Origin: Thermoanaerobaculia bacterium
GTDB taxonomy: Bacteria > Acidobacteriota > Thermoanaerobaculia > Multivoradales > Multivoraceae
Length of the DNA stretch: 64,000 nt
Assembly (NCBI GenBank): GCA_963664405.1
Contig: OY761158.1
Location: forward strand, 5,024,001-5,088,000
Direction of reading: 5' to 3'
The notes beneath the pieces are model-generated. The model made no database searches. It had not been told where the DNA came from and worked only from the letters and a program-made list of their open reading frames with translations. Each line of letters opens with the position of its first letter. Within the stretch, counting starts at the first letter, position 1. This document shows positions 10,060 through 20,195 of the stretch, in pieces. Made by a program: the position numbers and the translations under genes.

Positions 10060-11343
10060 ATGCTGCGTTCGATTCTTGCCACCATCGCCGCCTTGATCAT
10101 TCTGTCAACTGCGTTCTCTGGTCCCTCGTCCGCAGCGGGCATTGAGTGGCCCGGCTTGCTTGGCCCGCAGCGTAACGGCTGGGTGAGTAACTTCCAGCCG
10201 CCGACGCAGTGGCCGGCGGAACTGAAAAAGGCTTGGCAAATCGAAGTTGGAACCGGCTATCCATCGCCACTGGTTTCTGGCGGCTTCGTTTACCAACATG
10301 CGCGCCAAGGTGAAAATGAGGTGGTTCGGTGTATCGACCTGAAGACCGGCGAACTCAAGTGGCGCCGGAGCTACTCCACTCCTTTTCAAATCGGAGGAGG
10401 CGGGGAGAATCACGGCAAGGGTCCCAAGTCGTCGCCCGCGCTGGCTGACGGCAGGCTGTTTACTTTGAGCATCACCAACGTGCTCTCGGCCTGGGATGCA
10501 GACTCGGGCGAGCTGCTCTGGCGTCGCGACTACGGTTCGCGGTTCAAGGCCAGCCATGGCGGCAGAGAATACACAGGCCATCCATGGTGGGGCGCTGCGA
10601 CTTCGCCCCTGGTCGACGGCGGTCGAGTGATTGTCCATTTCGGCGCCGACTCTGACGGCGCGTTGATCGCGCTGGACGCCAACACTGGAAACGAAGTGTG
10701 GACTCAAGGCAAGGATGGCCCGCACTACGCGTCGCCGATTTTGGTCGAGATCCAGGGAACCCGCCAGGTCGTCGAGTGGAACGAGCGGGCTCTGGTCGGC
10801 GTGGAAAGTGCCACCGGCCGGCTATTGTGGGAGTATCCGGCGCCGGGGAACTTCAGCGACCAGAACATGCCGGCACCCGTATTTCACCAGGGTCGCGTGC
10901 TGCTGGGCGCGGAGAACCGCGGAATTCGCAGCCTCGAGCCGCAAGTGAAAGACGGCGTGTGGACGATCCAGGAGCGCTGGTTCCAGAAGAAGGTGGCGCT
11001 GGATATGAGCACGGCCGTGATCAACGACGGGCTGTTGTACGGCTTCTCGCACTACGACGGGGGTCGCATCTTCTGCCTGGACCCCCAGACCGGTGACGTG
11101 CTTTGGGAGGGTCCGCCGAGAACAGGCCAGAACGTCCGCTTTCTGGCGATTCCCGGCCATGTCGTAGCACTGATCAACGACGGCGAACTGCAGATCGTCG
11201 GCGCGATCGCCAGCGGCTTCAACAAGGTCGCGTCGTACCAAGTGGCCGAAGACACGACCTTCTCGACCTGGGCGCCCCCGGTTCTGGTGGAAAACGGAGT
11301 CTTGATCAAGGACAAGCAAATGTTGACCCTGTGGACCTTCTAG
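10060..11343 (+). CDS. PQQ-like beta-propeller repeat protein (BamB-like)
   Basis: Signal peptide; WPGLLGPQRNG, repeated D..TG..W motifs, GPKSSP, YASP, TWAPPV. Confidence 0.85.
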   Translation: MLRSILATIAALIILSTAFSGPSSAAGIEWPGLLGPQRNGWVSNFQPPTQWPAELKKAWQIEVGTGYPSPLVSGGFVYQHARQGENEVVRCIDLKTGELKWRRSYSTPFQIGGGGENHGKGPKSSPALADGRLFTLSITNVLSAWDADSGELLWRRDYGSRFKASHGGREYTGHPWWGAATSPLVDGGRVIVHFGADSDGALIALDANTGNEVWTQGKDGPHYASPILVEIQGTRQVVEWNERALVGVESATGRLLWEYPAPGNFSDQNMPAPVFHQGRVLLGAENRGIRSLEPQVKDGVWTIQERWFQKKVALDMSTAVINDGLLYGFSHYDGGRIFCLDPQTGDVLWEGPPRTGQNVRFLAIPGHVVALINDGELQIVGAIASGFNKVASYQVAEDTTFSTWAPPVLVENGVLIKDKQMLTLWTF

Positions 11344-11354
11344 TTAAGGGGGAC

Positions 11355-11532
11355 CAGCGCCCTTCGGCTGCTGCCGGCTGCTAGGTGCCCACCCGAATAT
11401 CTCAGGACTTGGTGGAGCCCGGATGTAACTCCTCGGGTACCCGAAGAAGAGTTGGCAACGACGGTCCCCTTCGGCGGGCCGGGTTCTCCGCCGTCTCGAA
11501 AATCTTCGGCTGGCACCCTGCCGGCCGGAGGC
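11355..11532. repeat. REP/MITE-like element, family A (long form, core inverted)
   Basis: Colinear with 8722-8889 except that 11439-11483 is the reverse complement of 8797-8841. Confidence 0.75.
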
Positions 11533-11548
11533 CGGCGGGCCATGCCAG

Positions 11549-12469
11549 TCAGGCGCGAAACTCGGGCAGCACGCGCTCGGCGAGCAGGCGCTCGTTCGAG
11601 GGCAGGTACTCGACGGGGCAGGCCGAGCTCAGGATGATGGTGCGCGCACCGGCGTCGATGTACTCGCGGAGTCGAGCAACGCAGTCTTCGGGCGAGCCCG
11701 CCAGCGCGTACTTGCCTGCCAGCTTGGAGAAATCCTGGTTGTACTGCAGGGAGAGCCGCTCGACGGCCATCTTCACGGCGAGGTCGCGATCCTCGTGAAC
11801 GGCGAAGAAGATGTAGAGGCCCGGTCTCACCGGCGCATCGCGATCCTCGTCCTCGGCAAAGCCGGCGATGGCTTCGACACTGGCGGCAAGCCGCTCGGGC
11901 GTGTACATGTAGGGAAGCCAGCCGGTGCCGTAACGCGCGCAGCGGCGCATCGCCGCCTCGCTGCGACCGGAGACCCAGATCGGGGGGTGGGGCTGCTGCA
12001 CCGGGCGGGGGTAGAGCGTCAGGCCCGATACTTCGGTGAACCTGCCGGCGAAGGTGACCTTCTCTTCGGTCATCAGCCGCCGGATGAGCTCGAGCGCCTC
12101 GTTGGTGCGCTCGCCGCGCTCGCCGACCGGCACTCCACAGGCTTCGAACTCCGCCGCGAACTCGCCGCCGACACCGACGCCGAGGCTGAAGCGTCCTTTC
12201 GACACCGCATCTAGGGTCGCGATTTGTTTGGCGAGCAGCGGCGGTGGATAGAGCGGCACCAGGGTGATGGCGCTCATCAGCCGGATCGTCTTGGTGGCAC
12301 CGGCTGCCGCCGCCAGCGTCACCAGGCCGTTGCTGGTAGGACCGTAGAAGAAGACGTGCTCGCCCATGGAGACATAGTCGTAGCCAAGCGCCTCGGCAGT
12401 CTGGGCCTCCTCGACGACGTCCTGCACTCGTCTCAGATTGATACCGAATTCGAGGTCCGTCACGCCCAC
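11549..12469 (-). CDS. LLM-class flavin-dependent oxidoreductase
   Basis: AEALGYD.V.MGEH, LAKQIATLD.VS.GRF.LGVGVG, PRPVQQPHPPIWVSG. Confidence 0.9.
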   Translation of the reverse strand: MGVTDLEFGINLRRVQDVVEEAQTAEALGYDYVSMGEHVFFYGPTSNGLVTLAAAAGATKTIRLMSAITLVPLYPPPLLAKQIATLDAVSKGRFSLGVGVGGEFAAEFEACGVPVGERGERTNEALELIRRLMTEEKVTFAGRFTEVSGLTLYPRPVQQPHPPIWVSGRSEAAMRRCARYGTGWLPYMYTPERLAASVEAIAGFAEDEDRDAPVRPGLYIFFAVHEDRDLAVKMAVERLSLQYNQDFSKLAGKYALAGSPEDCVARLREYIDAGARTIILSSACPVEYLPSNERLLAERVLPEFRA

Positions 12470-12600
12470 CTACCCGTCCGGCTCGTACCAGATGGGAGAG
12501 CTCCAAGCGCGCTCCTGATGGGTCGCCGGCAGATCGGGATTGGGGTTGATACCGGAGTTCTGCGCATCCCACGTCGACCACCGACAGGACGGATGCCGAC
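12470..12600 (-). pseudogene. C-terminal fragment of a DUF3604 protein
   Basis: PSCRWSTWDA...QERAWSSPIWY.P is the characteristic DUF3604 C-terminus; no upstream part present. Confidence 0.7.
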
Positions 12601-12794
12601 GCCTGGCAGAGGCGGCGCGGCGGGGTGCCAATCGGAGTCGGCCACTGTACCAGTTACAGAGCGGTGCGGAAGGGCGGAGCAGAGGCGCTGGGGAATCGGC
12701 GGAGCAGACGCAGGACGCCATCGAGTATCCTGGCGGTGGTTCGAGAGGCGGCTCGCAGGTAGTATCCTGACTCATTGATCATGGGAGTAGGGCG

Positions 12795-13781
12795 ATGAGA
12801 AACGCGACTGCGGAACGGAGCGGCACGAAACGGGTCTCGCCCATCGCCCAAATGGCCGGCAAAGACGATGAAGCGCGCGAGCGGGTGCTGGCAAGAATAA
12901 CGGAGCTCGATCTCAACGAGAATCTGCTCGAGCTCGAGACCAAGGGGTACACGGTTGTCCTCGGCGTGCTGTCCGATGACCGGATAGAAGGCGCCAAGGC
13001 CGCCATACTACGGCGCGTTGAAAGCAAGACGGGCAAGAAAGTCGATCCCGACACGGCCACGTCCAAAGACTTTGGCGGTATGGCGTATCAGCACTACCTG
13101 ATTTTCGATGATCCGGTCTTCCCCGAGATTCTGCTGGAGCCAAAGCCGCTCGCGCTGATTACCTACCTGCTCGGTGAGAGTTGTGTGTTGTCTTCCATGG
13201 GCAGTCACTTTCGTGGGCCCGGCGGCATGCCTTTGTCGGTGCACGCCGATGGGGTTCGAGTCGGCATGACCGAGACGTCTTTGGTCGCCAACTGCAACTA
13301 CGCTCTCACACCCTATAGCCGTGAAACGGGCGCGGTGGTGCTTTTCCCAGGCAGCCATCGAAAGCAGCGCCAGCCTACGGCACACGAGAACTGGATGGCG
13401 GGCCACGAAACCGTTCCGGAGATCATGGCGAAGAACCTCGATCCTGAAGAATTGGACGCCCTCGAATGGACGGCGCCGCCAGGTGCTGTAACCATGGAGC
13501 TCAATCCGGGAGACGCCGCCGTCTGGCATGGCAACTCGTGGCACGGCGGTTGGCGACGCGAGCTACCGGGCACGCGCATCAATCTCGCGACCTATTTCTG
13601 CCGGCCTCATCTCTCGACCCAGGAGCGACGCGGCGATACACGTCATCCCGAGGTGTTCGAGCGCTATGCCAACGAGCCCCGCTTTGCCCGTCTGCTGGGA
13701 GAGAAGATCTTCAATGGCTGGCGTGAAGAAGGGCCGGATCTCACCGGCGCGAAGGCTGGGCCCAGCGGCTTTTTCGACTGA
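12795..13781 (+). CDS. Phytanoyl-CoA dioxygenase (PhyH) family Fe(II)/2OG enzyme
   Basis: HxD (VHAD), G.V...PGSH, PGDAAVWHGNSWHG, R.NL; alternative start 12852. Confidence 0.85.
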   Translation: MRNATAERSGTKRVSPIAQMAGKDDEARERVLARITELDLNENLLELETKGYTVVLGVLSDDRIEGAKAAILRRVESKTGKKVDPDTATSKDFGGMAYQHYLIFDDPVFPEILLEPKPLALITYLLGESCVLSSMGSHFRGPGGMPLSVHADGVRVGMTETSLVANCNYALTPYSRETGAVVLFPGSHRKQRQPTAHENWMAGHETVPEIMAKNLDPEELDALEWTAPPGAVTMELNPGDAAVWHGNSWHGGWRRELPGTRINLATYFCRPHLSTQERRGDTRHPEVFERYANEPRFARLLGEKIFNGWREEGPDLTGAKAGPSGFFD

Positions 13782-13792
13782 GCCTCGGGCGC

Positions 13793-14203
13793 ATGAAGCC
13801 GAGCCCGGGCCGACCCCTGGCGCCGCCGGACGACCGCGGACTGGACGAGGACACCGGCTGGTTCCTGGACCACTTCTCACTGGGAGAGCTGCGGCGCGCG
13901 CTCGCGGGGGGGGATTGCAAGCGGGTATTGCGGCGCGACACCTGGCTCGCCCTCGGGGTTTCGACCGTGCTCTTCACCGTGGCCTTGCTCGGGGTCGGTA
14001 GAGTGCTGGATCTCAGCGGCAGGCCCGGAATCGGCGTGCTCACGCTCGTACTCCTGGCCGGCGTCGCGATCACCGGGGTCTGCTTTCATGCCTTCCGTGT
14101 TTCCGCCAGCAGTCGGGCGGCGACCATTTCACCCGAGGCGCTGCGCGCTCACCTGGCGATCACGGAGCACCTGGCGCAGGCGGGCGCCTCCGCGCGCGCC
14201 TGA
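13793..14203 (+). CDS. Hypothetical membrane protein
   Basis: Two hydrophobic segments; fills the gap between convergent genes. Confidence 0.45.
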   Translation: MKPSPGRPLAPPDDRGLDEDTGWFLDHFSLGELRRALAGGDCKRVLRRDTWLALGVSTVLFTVALLGVGRVLDLSGRPGIGVLTLVLLAGVAITGVCFHAFRVSASSRAATISPEALRAHLAITEHLAQAGASARA

Positions 14204-14212
14204 GCTCCCTCG

Positions 14213-15460
14213 CTAGAGCCGCTCACCTGTCCGCCGATCCATCACGTACCGACCGCGCCGCATCTCTGTTATCGAGGTGGCGCCCGCCTGCTTCATCACC
14301 AGCTCGAGCTCACGGTGCAAGATGTCGATGACCTTCTCGACGCCGTCCTGGCCATAGCCTGCCAGACCCCAGGCGTAAGGGCGACCGATCCCAACCCCGT
14401 CAGCGCCCATCGCCAGCGCCTTGAAGACGTCAGTCCCGCGGCGGATACCACCGTCGAGAAGGATCGGAATACGACCGGCGATGGCGGCAGCCACTTCCGG
14501 CAAACACTCGATCGTAGAGCGCAAGCTCTCCGACCCTCGTCCTCCGTGGTTCGACACGATCACACCGTCTGCACCATGCTCGACCGCCAGCTCTGCGTCC
14601 TCATGCGTCACGATGCCCTTGAGCACGAGAGGCATGCTGGTGGCATCCTTGAGGCGATCGACATATTCCCAGGTATGAGGCTCGCGCCGCGTCCCCGGCT
14701 TGCGTGGGGGCAGTCCGGCACGCATCGGCTTGGTGAGCCCGGCGTGGCAATTCGCACAGAACGCCGCGTCTGTGCCCTCGAGACCCAAGGCACGCTCAAG
14801 GGTCGGGGTGTTTCGCCCGGCGAGTAGGTCGATGGTAAACACCAGCACGGGACAGCCTGCACTCTCAACCCGCTTGATCAACTTGTAGGTGCCCTCCCAG
14901 TCGGGCCTGGTGTAGAGCTGGTACCAGACCGGCTCTCCATACGCTTCGTTGACCTCTTCCACGGCGGTGGAGGCCGACGTCGACAGCATCATCATGTTCT
15001 CTTTTGCACGAGCAGCCTTCGCGGCCCCGATCTCGCCCTGGGTGTGGAACGTCTTCAGGCTCCCAACCGGACAGAGGCCAATCGGCGTCTTCCATCGGAC
15101 CCCGAAGAGCTCAGTCGACATGTCGACGCTGCTGAAGTCGACCAAACGCCGCATGCGAAGTTGATAGTTCGAGAAGGCTTCGTGGTTCCAGCCAAGGGTG
15201 GCGTCGTCGTCGACGCCGGTGGCGAGGTATGCCCAATGCTCGTGAAGCAGCATTTTTTTTGCGACAGGCTCGAAGTCCATCACTTCGATTGCCTCCTCGA
15301 GCGAGCCGATGATGCCGTCGTCCTCTTCCAGGGCGCGGAGGACGGTGGCGCCTGACCCGCCGGCCAGCAGTGGCGGCAGGCCCGCGTACTTGAGAAACGG
15401 ACTCGTAGCCAGCATCTTCAGAAACTGGCGCCTTCCGGTCAGGGTTTCACTCCGGGTCAT
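14213..15460 (-). CDS. FMN-dependent alpha-hydroxy acid oxidase (LldD/GOX family), Tat signal, CxxCH insert
   Basis: GRRQFLK; WYQLY, TIDL, LVLKGI, VSNHGGR, LDGGIRRGTDVFKALAMGA, GRP. Confidence 0.9.
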   Translation of the reverse strand: MTRSETLTGRRQFLKMLATSPFLKYAGLPPLLAGGSGATVLRALEEDDGIIGSLEEAIEVMDFEPVAKKMLLHEHWAYLATGVDDDATLGWNHEAFSNYQLRMRRLVDFSSVDMSTELFGVRWKTPIGLCPVGSLKTFHTQGEIGAAKAARAKENMMMLSTSASTAVEEVNEAYGEPVWYQLYTRPDWEGTYKLIKRVESAGCPVLVFTIDLLAGRNTPTLERALGLEGTDAAFCANCHAGLTKPMRAGLPPRKPGTRREPHTWEYVDRLKDATSMPLVLKGIVTHEDAELAVEHGADGVIVSNHGGRGSESLRSTIECLPEVAAAIAGRIPILLDGGIRRGTDVFKALAMGADGVGIGRPYAWGLAGYGQDGVEKVIDILHRELELVMKQAGATSITEMRRGRYVMDRRTGERL

Positions 15461-15747
15461 AACCGCTCTCCTTTCTGTACCATTTTCCGTGGATGCTCTA
15501 GCCTAGCAGCTAGGTTACGGACGGCTGGTCTTGAGATTTGCTCGCGTTGTATATATAACGGTCTCCATCTATTAGGACAATCTGCCTTTAGGCTATCCGG
15601 CTAAACCCAACTGGAGCATGAGGCACTCGCGGCGCCTGGAGAATCTTTAGTTCGGGAAGGGTGTCGTCGTTCTCGACCAGGCGCACCAAATCCCGTAGCG
15701 CAAGGCTCGTCAGAGTCCTCGCGATTCACGGTATCATTTCGAGCGAA

Positions 15748-17223
15748 ATGCTTACTCGACGCGAATGGCTCAAGCGTGCGGGGCTCGGCGTCTTGGCGGC
15801 GGGCAGTGCAGTCGGTCAAGAGCCGCGCGCTGCAGGCCCCAACGTGCTCATGATTTCGATCGACGACCTGAACGACTGGATCGGCGTCCTCGGCGGACAC
15901 CCGCAGTCGATCACGCCGAACATCGACGCGCTCGCCAAGCGCGGCGTCACCTTCCGGCGAGCCTACTGCCAGGCGCCCTCCTGCAACCCCTCTCGGGCGA
16001 GTCTGATGACCGGCATGCGCCCGACGACCTCAGGTTGTTACGGCAACGGCGACGTCTGGCGCGACGCCATGCCGCAGGCCGTCACTCTGCCGCAGCACTT
16101 CATGCAGCAGGGCTATGAAGTGATCGGCGGGGGCAAGACGTTTCACAACACGCAGAACGAGGCCGCGTCGTGGCATTACTACAACAGCTTCCGTGGCTTT
16201 CTAAAGGTCCCCGGCTGGCCGGTGAACAAGCTGAACAGCAACAATTTCGACTGGAGCGCCCTCGACGTCGACGACGAAGAGACCTCCGACACCCAGCTCG
16301 CCAATTGGGCGGCGGAGTACCTATCGAAAGATCACTCCAAGCCTTTCTTCCTGGCCTGCGGCCTCTATCGCCCGCACTTGCCGTTCTACGCGCCCAAGAA
16401 ATACTTCGACAAGTTCCCCGAGGCCGAGATCGAGCTGCCGCCCTATCTCGAGAACGACCTCGACGACGTGCCGAAGTCCGCGCCGACGCCACGCGGTTTG
16501 GACGACCACGACAAGGTGACAGCGACGGGTCAGTGGAAGCGCGCCGTGGCAGCCTATTTGGCGTGCATCAACTTCGCCGATGCCAACGTGGGGCGCGTGC
16601 TGAAAGCGCTCGACCAAGGGCCGCACGCCGAGAATACGATCATCGTCCTGTGGACCGACCACGGTTGGCAGTTCGGCGAGAAGAATCAGTGGCGAAAGTT
16701 CACTCTATGGGAACGCTCCTGCCGCGTGCCGATCATCTTCGCCGGCCCTGGGATCGAGGCCAAGGGAGAATTCTGCGACCGGACCGCCGAGCTGCTCGAC
16801 ATCTACCCGACGTTGGCGGATCTCTCCGGGCTGCCCGAGCGCGAGGAGCTGGACGGCGAGAGCCTGAGGCCATTGCTCGAGAATCCCAAAGCGGAGTGGG
16901 ATCACCCCGCGATCACCTCCCTGGGGCCTGAGAGAAACTCGATCCGCACCGAGCGCTGGCGCTACACCAGCTATGAGGACGGTGAAGAGCTCTACGACCA
17001 CGACATCGATCCGAATGAGTGGCGCAACTTGGCGAGCGTCCCCGAGCACGCCGGGACGAAGCAGCGGCTTCGAGCCATGCTGCCGCAGAACCCTTCACGC
17101 AAGAAGGTGATGCACATCTTCGACCAGCCCGAGGAGCAGCGTCGCCTCACCGAGCTGCTGCCGGATCACTTTCGCGCCTCCGACGCGGCGAACGATGTCG
17201 GGCTCGACCCGGGGCCGAGGTGA
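15748..17223 (+). CDS. Sulfatase (iduronate-2-sulfatase/choline-sulfatase-like), Tat signal
   Basis: TRREWL; PNVLMISIDDLNDW, CNPSRAS, RPHLP, TDHG, W.KFTLWE. Confidence 0.9.
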   Translation: MLTRREWLKRAGLGVLAAGSAVGQEPRAAGPNVLMISIDDLNDWIGVLGGHPQSITPNIDALAKRGVTFRRAYCQAPSCNPSRASLMTGMRPTTSGCYGNGDVWRDAMPQAVTLPQHFMQQGYEVIGGGKTFHNTQNEAASWHYYNSFRGFLKVPGWPVNKLNSNNFDWSALDVDDEETSDTQLANWAAEYLSKDHSKPFFLACGLYRPHLPFYAPKKYFDKFPEAEIELPPYLENDLDDVPKSAPTPRGLDDHDKVTATGQWKRAVAAYLACINFADANVGRVLKALDQGPHAENTIIVLWTDHGWQFGEKNQWRKFTLWERSCRVPIIFAGPGIEAKGEFCDRTAELLDIYPTLADLSGLPEREELDGESLRPLLENPKAEWDHPAITSLGPERNSIRTERWRYTSYEDGEELYDHDIDPNEWRNLASVPEHAGTKQRLRAMLPQNPSRKKVMHIFDQPEEQRRLTELLPDHFRASDAANDVGLDPGPR

Positions 17224-17289
17224 ATGAATGATCGGTTTGCTTCGACAAGCGACTAACCCTTGGTTCTTGCTCGCCGCGATTGCCCCCAG

Positions 17290-17363
17290 CAGCCTGCGGC
17301 TGCTTAGGTGCCAGCCGAGTGTTTTGACGACGCCGTGGTAGCTGGAAGGCAGTTCGGGCACCT
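17290..17363. repeat. REP/MITE-like element, family A (short form)
   Basis: CAGCCTGCGGCTGCTTAGGTGCCAGCCGA...TTCGGGCACC. Confidence 0.6.
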
Positions 17364-17499
17364 TGTGGGGGGCGAAAACCCCATTTGTCTCACGCAGCGA
17401 GTCGGCGGCGGTATCGATCGTGTGTCCAGAACCACACGTCGGCTCGGCCCGGCTCGCTGCCGAGTTGCCCTGCACTCCTGACAATCGAGCTCGAGGTTC
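17364..17499. mobile_element. Family B repeat: 5'-TGT transposon-end-like sequence
   Basis: Near-identical to 33092-33241; begins TGTGGGGGGCGAAAACCCC and contains CTCCTGACA. Confidence 0.65.
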
Positions 17500-17514
17500 G
17501 ACATAAAACGCCGG

Positions 17515-18135
17515 GTGAAGCTGCTGGCTTTGGAGGGCGATCCGCATGACCTCGGGGCGGAGCTCAAGCGCAACGCGGAGAGGTGGCGACTGCTCGCCGA
17601 AGCCTACGGTCGAGCCGGAAGGAGGGACGAGCAGCTGCAATGCCTTTGGAGCCTCCTCGAGGGAACCGGCCATTTCGGGAGCTACGAAGAGATCCTCGAG
17701 CTGCTGCCCGCCAGGGAGCACACAGAAGCGAAAGAGCGAGCCCGAGAAGCGGCTCTCCGACTTGGAGACCTGCTCTCCGCAGCCAGCTTCCTCCTGCGTA
17801 TCGGGGCGGGCGCCGACGCCGAGCGCCTGACGATGGACCGTGTCGTCGAGCTCGAGGGCGCCTACTTTGCGCATCTGAAGTCGCTGGCCGAGCTCGCCCG
17901 GGAGCACAGCTATCCACGCATCGAAATGCCCTGCTATCGAGAGCTTCTGTCCGACATCCTGAAGGAGGCCCGGAGCAAAGCGTATGCCCACGCGGCGCGC
18001 TACTTCCGGCGGCTGGAGCAGCTGGATCGGGCGATCGACGACTACGCACTTCTATCCGATCACCTGGTGTTCGTCGATGCGCTGCGCCAGCGGCACGGTC
18101 GGAAGTACGCGTTCTGGAGGAGGGTCGAGGAATGA
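17515..18135 (+). pseudogene. 5'-truncated helical hypothetical protein (DUF6880-like)
   Basis: YRELL.DIL..ARSKAY.HAARY..RL...LR.RHGRK..FW; begins just after the family B repeat. Confidence 0.55.
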
Positions 18136-19005
18136 CGGTGGCGCAAAGGCAAGAGATCAGGCGCTACTTGAGCACCGGCGAAAGCGATCCCTTGCCCGCC
18201 GCGTGGGGCGGCGGCGCGTTCGAAGCCGCACACCAGGCAAGCCAGGACCTCAAGAGCGCCCTGATCGAGGAGGTGAAGCAGCGCTCGTCCGGCAGACGAT
18301 CCAGGAGCCCGCCGCGGGGGCAGGACCTACGTACTTTCGCGAGGGCGAAGGTCGAGCCCATGGTGCGAGGCCTCTTTCCGGCCCGCGAGCGAGACCCCGT
18401 ACTTGCGATGCTCGAGCGGAGTGTGGTCTTCCTCACGCAGAACAACGTCGAACGGGTGCTACGGCAGCAGAGCTGGCTGTCGACGGCATGGACGTTAGCC
18501 AACCTCTACCTTACGAGCCTCGGTGCCGAGCCTCTCGGCGAAGGCTTCTCTCCGATCGTCGGGCTCAGCGAGGAGACGAACTGCTACGTGTCGACGGAGT
18601 ACTTCACGACCGAAGATACGTTCGCCGACTTCGTCGTCCACGAGGCCGCCCACGTCTTTCACAATTGCAAGCGGGCCACCATCGGGCTCCCCCAAAACCG
18701 CCGACGAGAGTGGTTGCTCGATATCGACTTCGGAATGCGAGAGACCTTCGCCTACGGCTGCGAGACCTTCGGTAGGGTTTGCGAGCTCGGACCAAGGCCG
18801 GCCGACCGTCGCACTAGCCGAGCTCCTGGAAGGTCCGAGGCCGGCGACCGATCTGGTCGATGGGGGGGTCTATCGCGACATGCTCTGCGAGGCCGTCGCG
18901 GCTCAGAACGGGTGGAAGCGCATTCTCGAAAAGTGTGCTCCTTCCGGCCACGCGCCGCCCATCACCCCAAGCTCTCGATCGCAAAGAGGTTCATGGTCGC
19001 GGTAG
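18132..19005 (+). CDS. Hypothetical protein with HExxH motif, frameshift near 18800
   Basis: ATGA overlap with upstream gene; DFVVHEAAHVFH; C-terminus (...NGWKRIL) continues in another frame. Confidence 0.55.
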
Positions 19006-19129
19006 GAAACGTGGAAATGAGGAGGCGTGATCGGCAAAGAACATCCCGATGATGATGCTGTAGAAGGGGGAGAGCTCAGGCCTCAACCCACGTCAACTAC
19101 TCTCCTGAGCTTGCTTGGCCGCCTCGACG

Positions 19130-19430
19130 GCGCTCCGCATGGCTCCATGCGAGCGCGGGATCGGTACCAGCCTTGACGGAGACAAGGAGGTTGGCGGCGG
19201 CAAGCTTCTCCGCCTGATCCGCGGTCAGATCGCCATGCTTTCCGAGAGTGATCCGTTTCGGGACAGCCTGGGAACCCTGGTCTCTTGTGCGGTACTGGAA
19301 AATGTAGACCTTGCGCCCGGCGGGCGTGACCTTGCAGCCGAAGCCGGTGACGTCGGTGTCCCATAGGAACCGAGCACGCGAGCTTGCTCGGAGGGCATCG
19401 ACATTGCGCTTGTTGATGCGTTTGCCGAGA
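19130..19430 (-). pseudogene. N-terminal arm-binding fragment of a P4-like tyrosine integrase
   Basis: INKRNVDAL...LWDTDVTGFGCKVTPAGRKVYIFQYR...KRITLGKHG.LT..QA. Confidence 0.75.
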
Positions 19431-19532
19431 TTCGATGAATGTGCCGGTATATTCGACCTTCTCGAGAAGCTCTCCAAAGAGAACTGTAGCCGTTGTGGGA
19501 CGCGCATGCTGGCGTATATGCTAGCATCGGCC

Positions 19533-19958
19533 GTGCGACTGGTAATCGACACTAATGTCCTGGTCAGTGCCGTCGTCGGCAAGCGCGGAGGCGCGAGTCG
19601 TGAGGTTCTTCGACAATGCTTGAAGGGACGACTCCAACCGCTAATGGGCATGGCGCTTTTTCTCGAGCTCGAAGAGGTTCTCCAACGCACGTCAATTCTG
19701 CGCCAGATGAGTCTCGACCGAGTAGAGCTAGACGTTCTCGTGGACGCGTACTTGAGTCAATGCTCCTGGGTCACGGTTTACTATGGCTGGCGCCCAAACC
19801 TGCGGGACGAAGGAGATCAACATCTCATCGAGCTGGCTGTCGCCGGCAGCGCCTCTGCGATCATCACCAAGAACGTTCGTCACTTGAAAAGTGGTGATCT
19901 TCGCTTTGAAGACCTTCGTGTTCTGACACCCTCTCAGCTACTCGCGGAGCTCCCCTGA
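19533..19958 (+). CDS. PIN-domain toxin (toxin-first TA pair)
   Basis: VRLVIDTNVLVSA, WRPNLRDEGD.HLIELAVAG.A..IIT.NVR; near-palindrome ATGCTGGCGTATATGCTAGCAT just upstream. Confidence 0.85.
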   Translation: MRLVIDTNVLVSAVVGKRGGASREVLRQCLKGRLQPLMGMALFLELEEVLQRTSILRQMSLDRVELDVLVDAYLSQCSWVTVYYGWRPNLRDEGDQHLIELAVAGSASAIITKNVRHLKSGDLRFEDLRVLTPSQLLAELP

Positions 19959-20167
19959 TGGCAACCATGACAATCCGACTTCCCGACCCGACCTACGACC
20001 GACTCAAGCGCCTGGCAAAGCAGCGGGGACTGAGCCTCAACAAGTTGATTGAGCAGCTCTCGATCTCTGCCTTGGCTGAGTTCGACGTCGAGACCCGATT
20101 CTTGCTGCGAGCGCAAAGGGGATCGGTGGCGCGCGGACTCGACGTGCTCGCAAAGCTCGACGCATAG
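19958..20167 (+). CDS. Ribbon-helix-helix antitoxin
   Basis: MATMTIRLPD..Y.RLK.LA..RGLSLNKLIE; TGATG coupling. Confidence 0.85.
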   Translation: MATMTIRLPDPTYDRLKRLAKQRGLSLNKLIEQLSISALAEFDVETRFLLRAQRGSVARGLDVLAKLDA

Positions 20168-20195
20168 GCAGGCGGCCGGTGCAGGCGCGGCCGGC

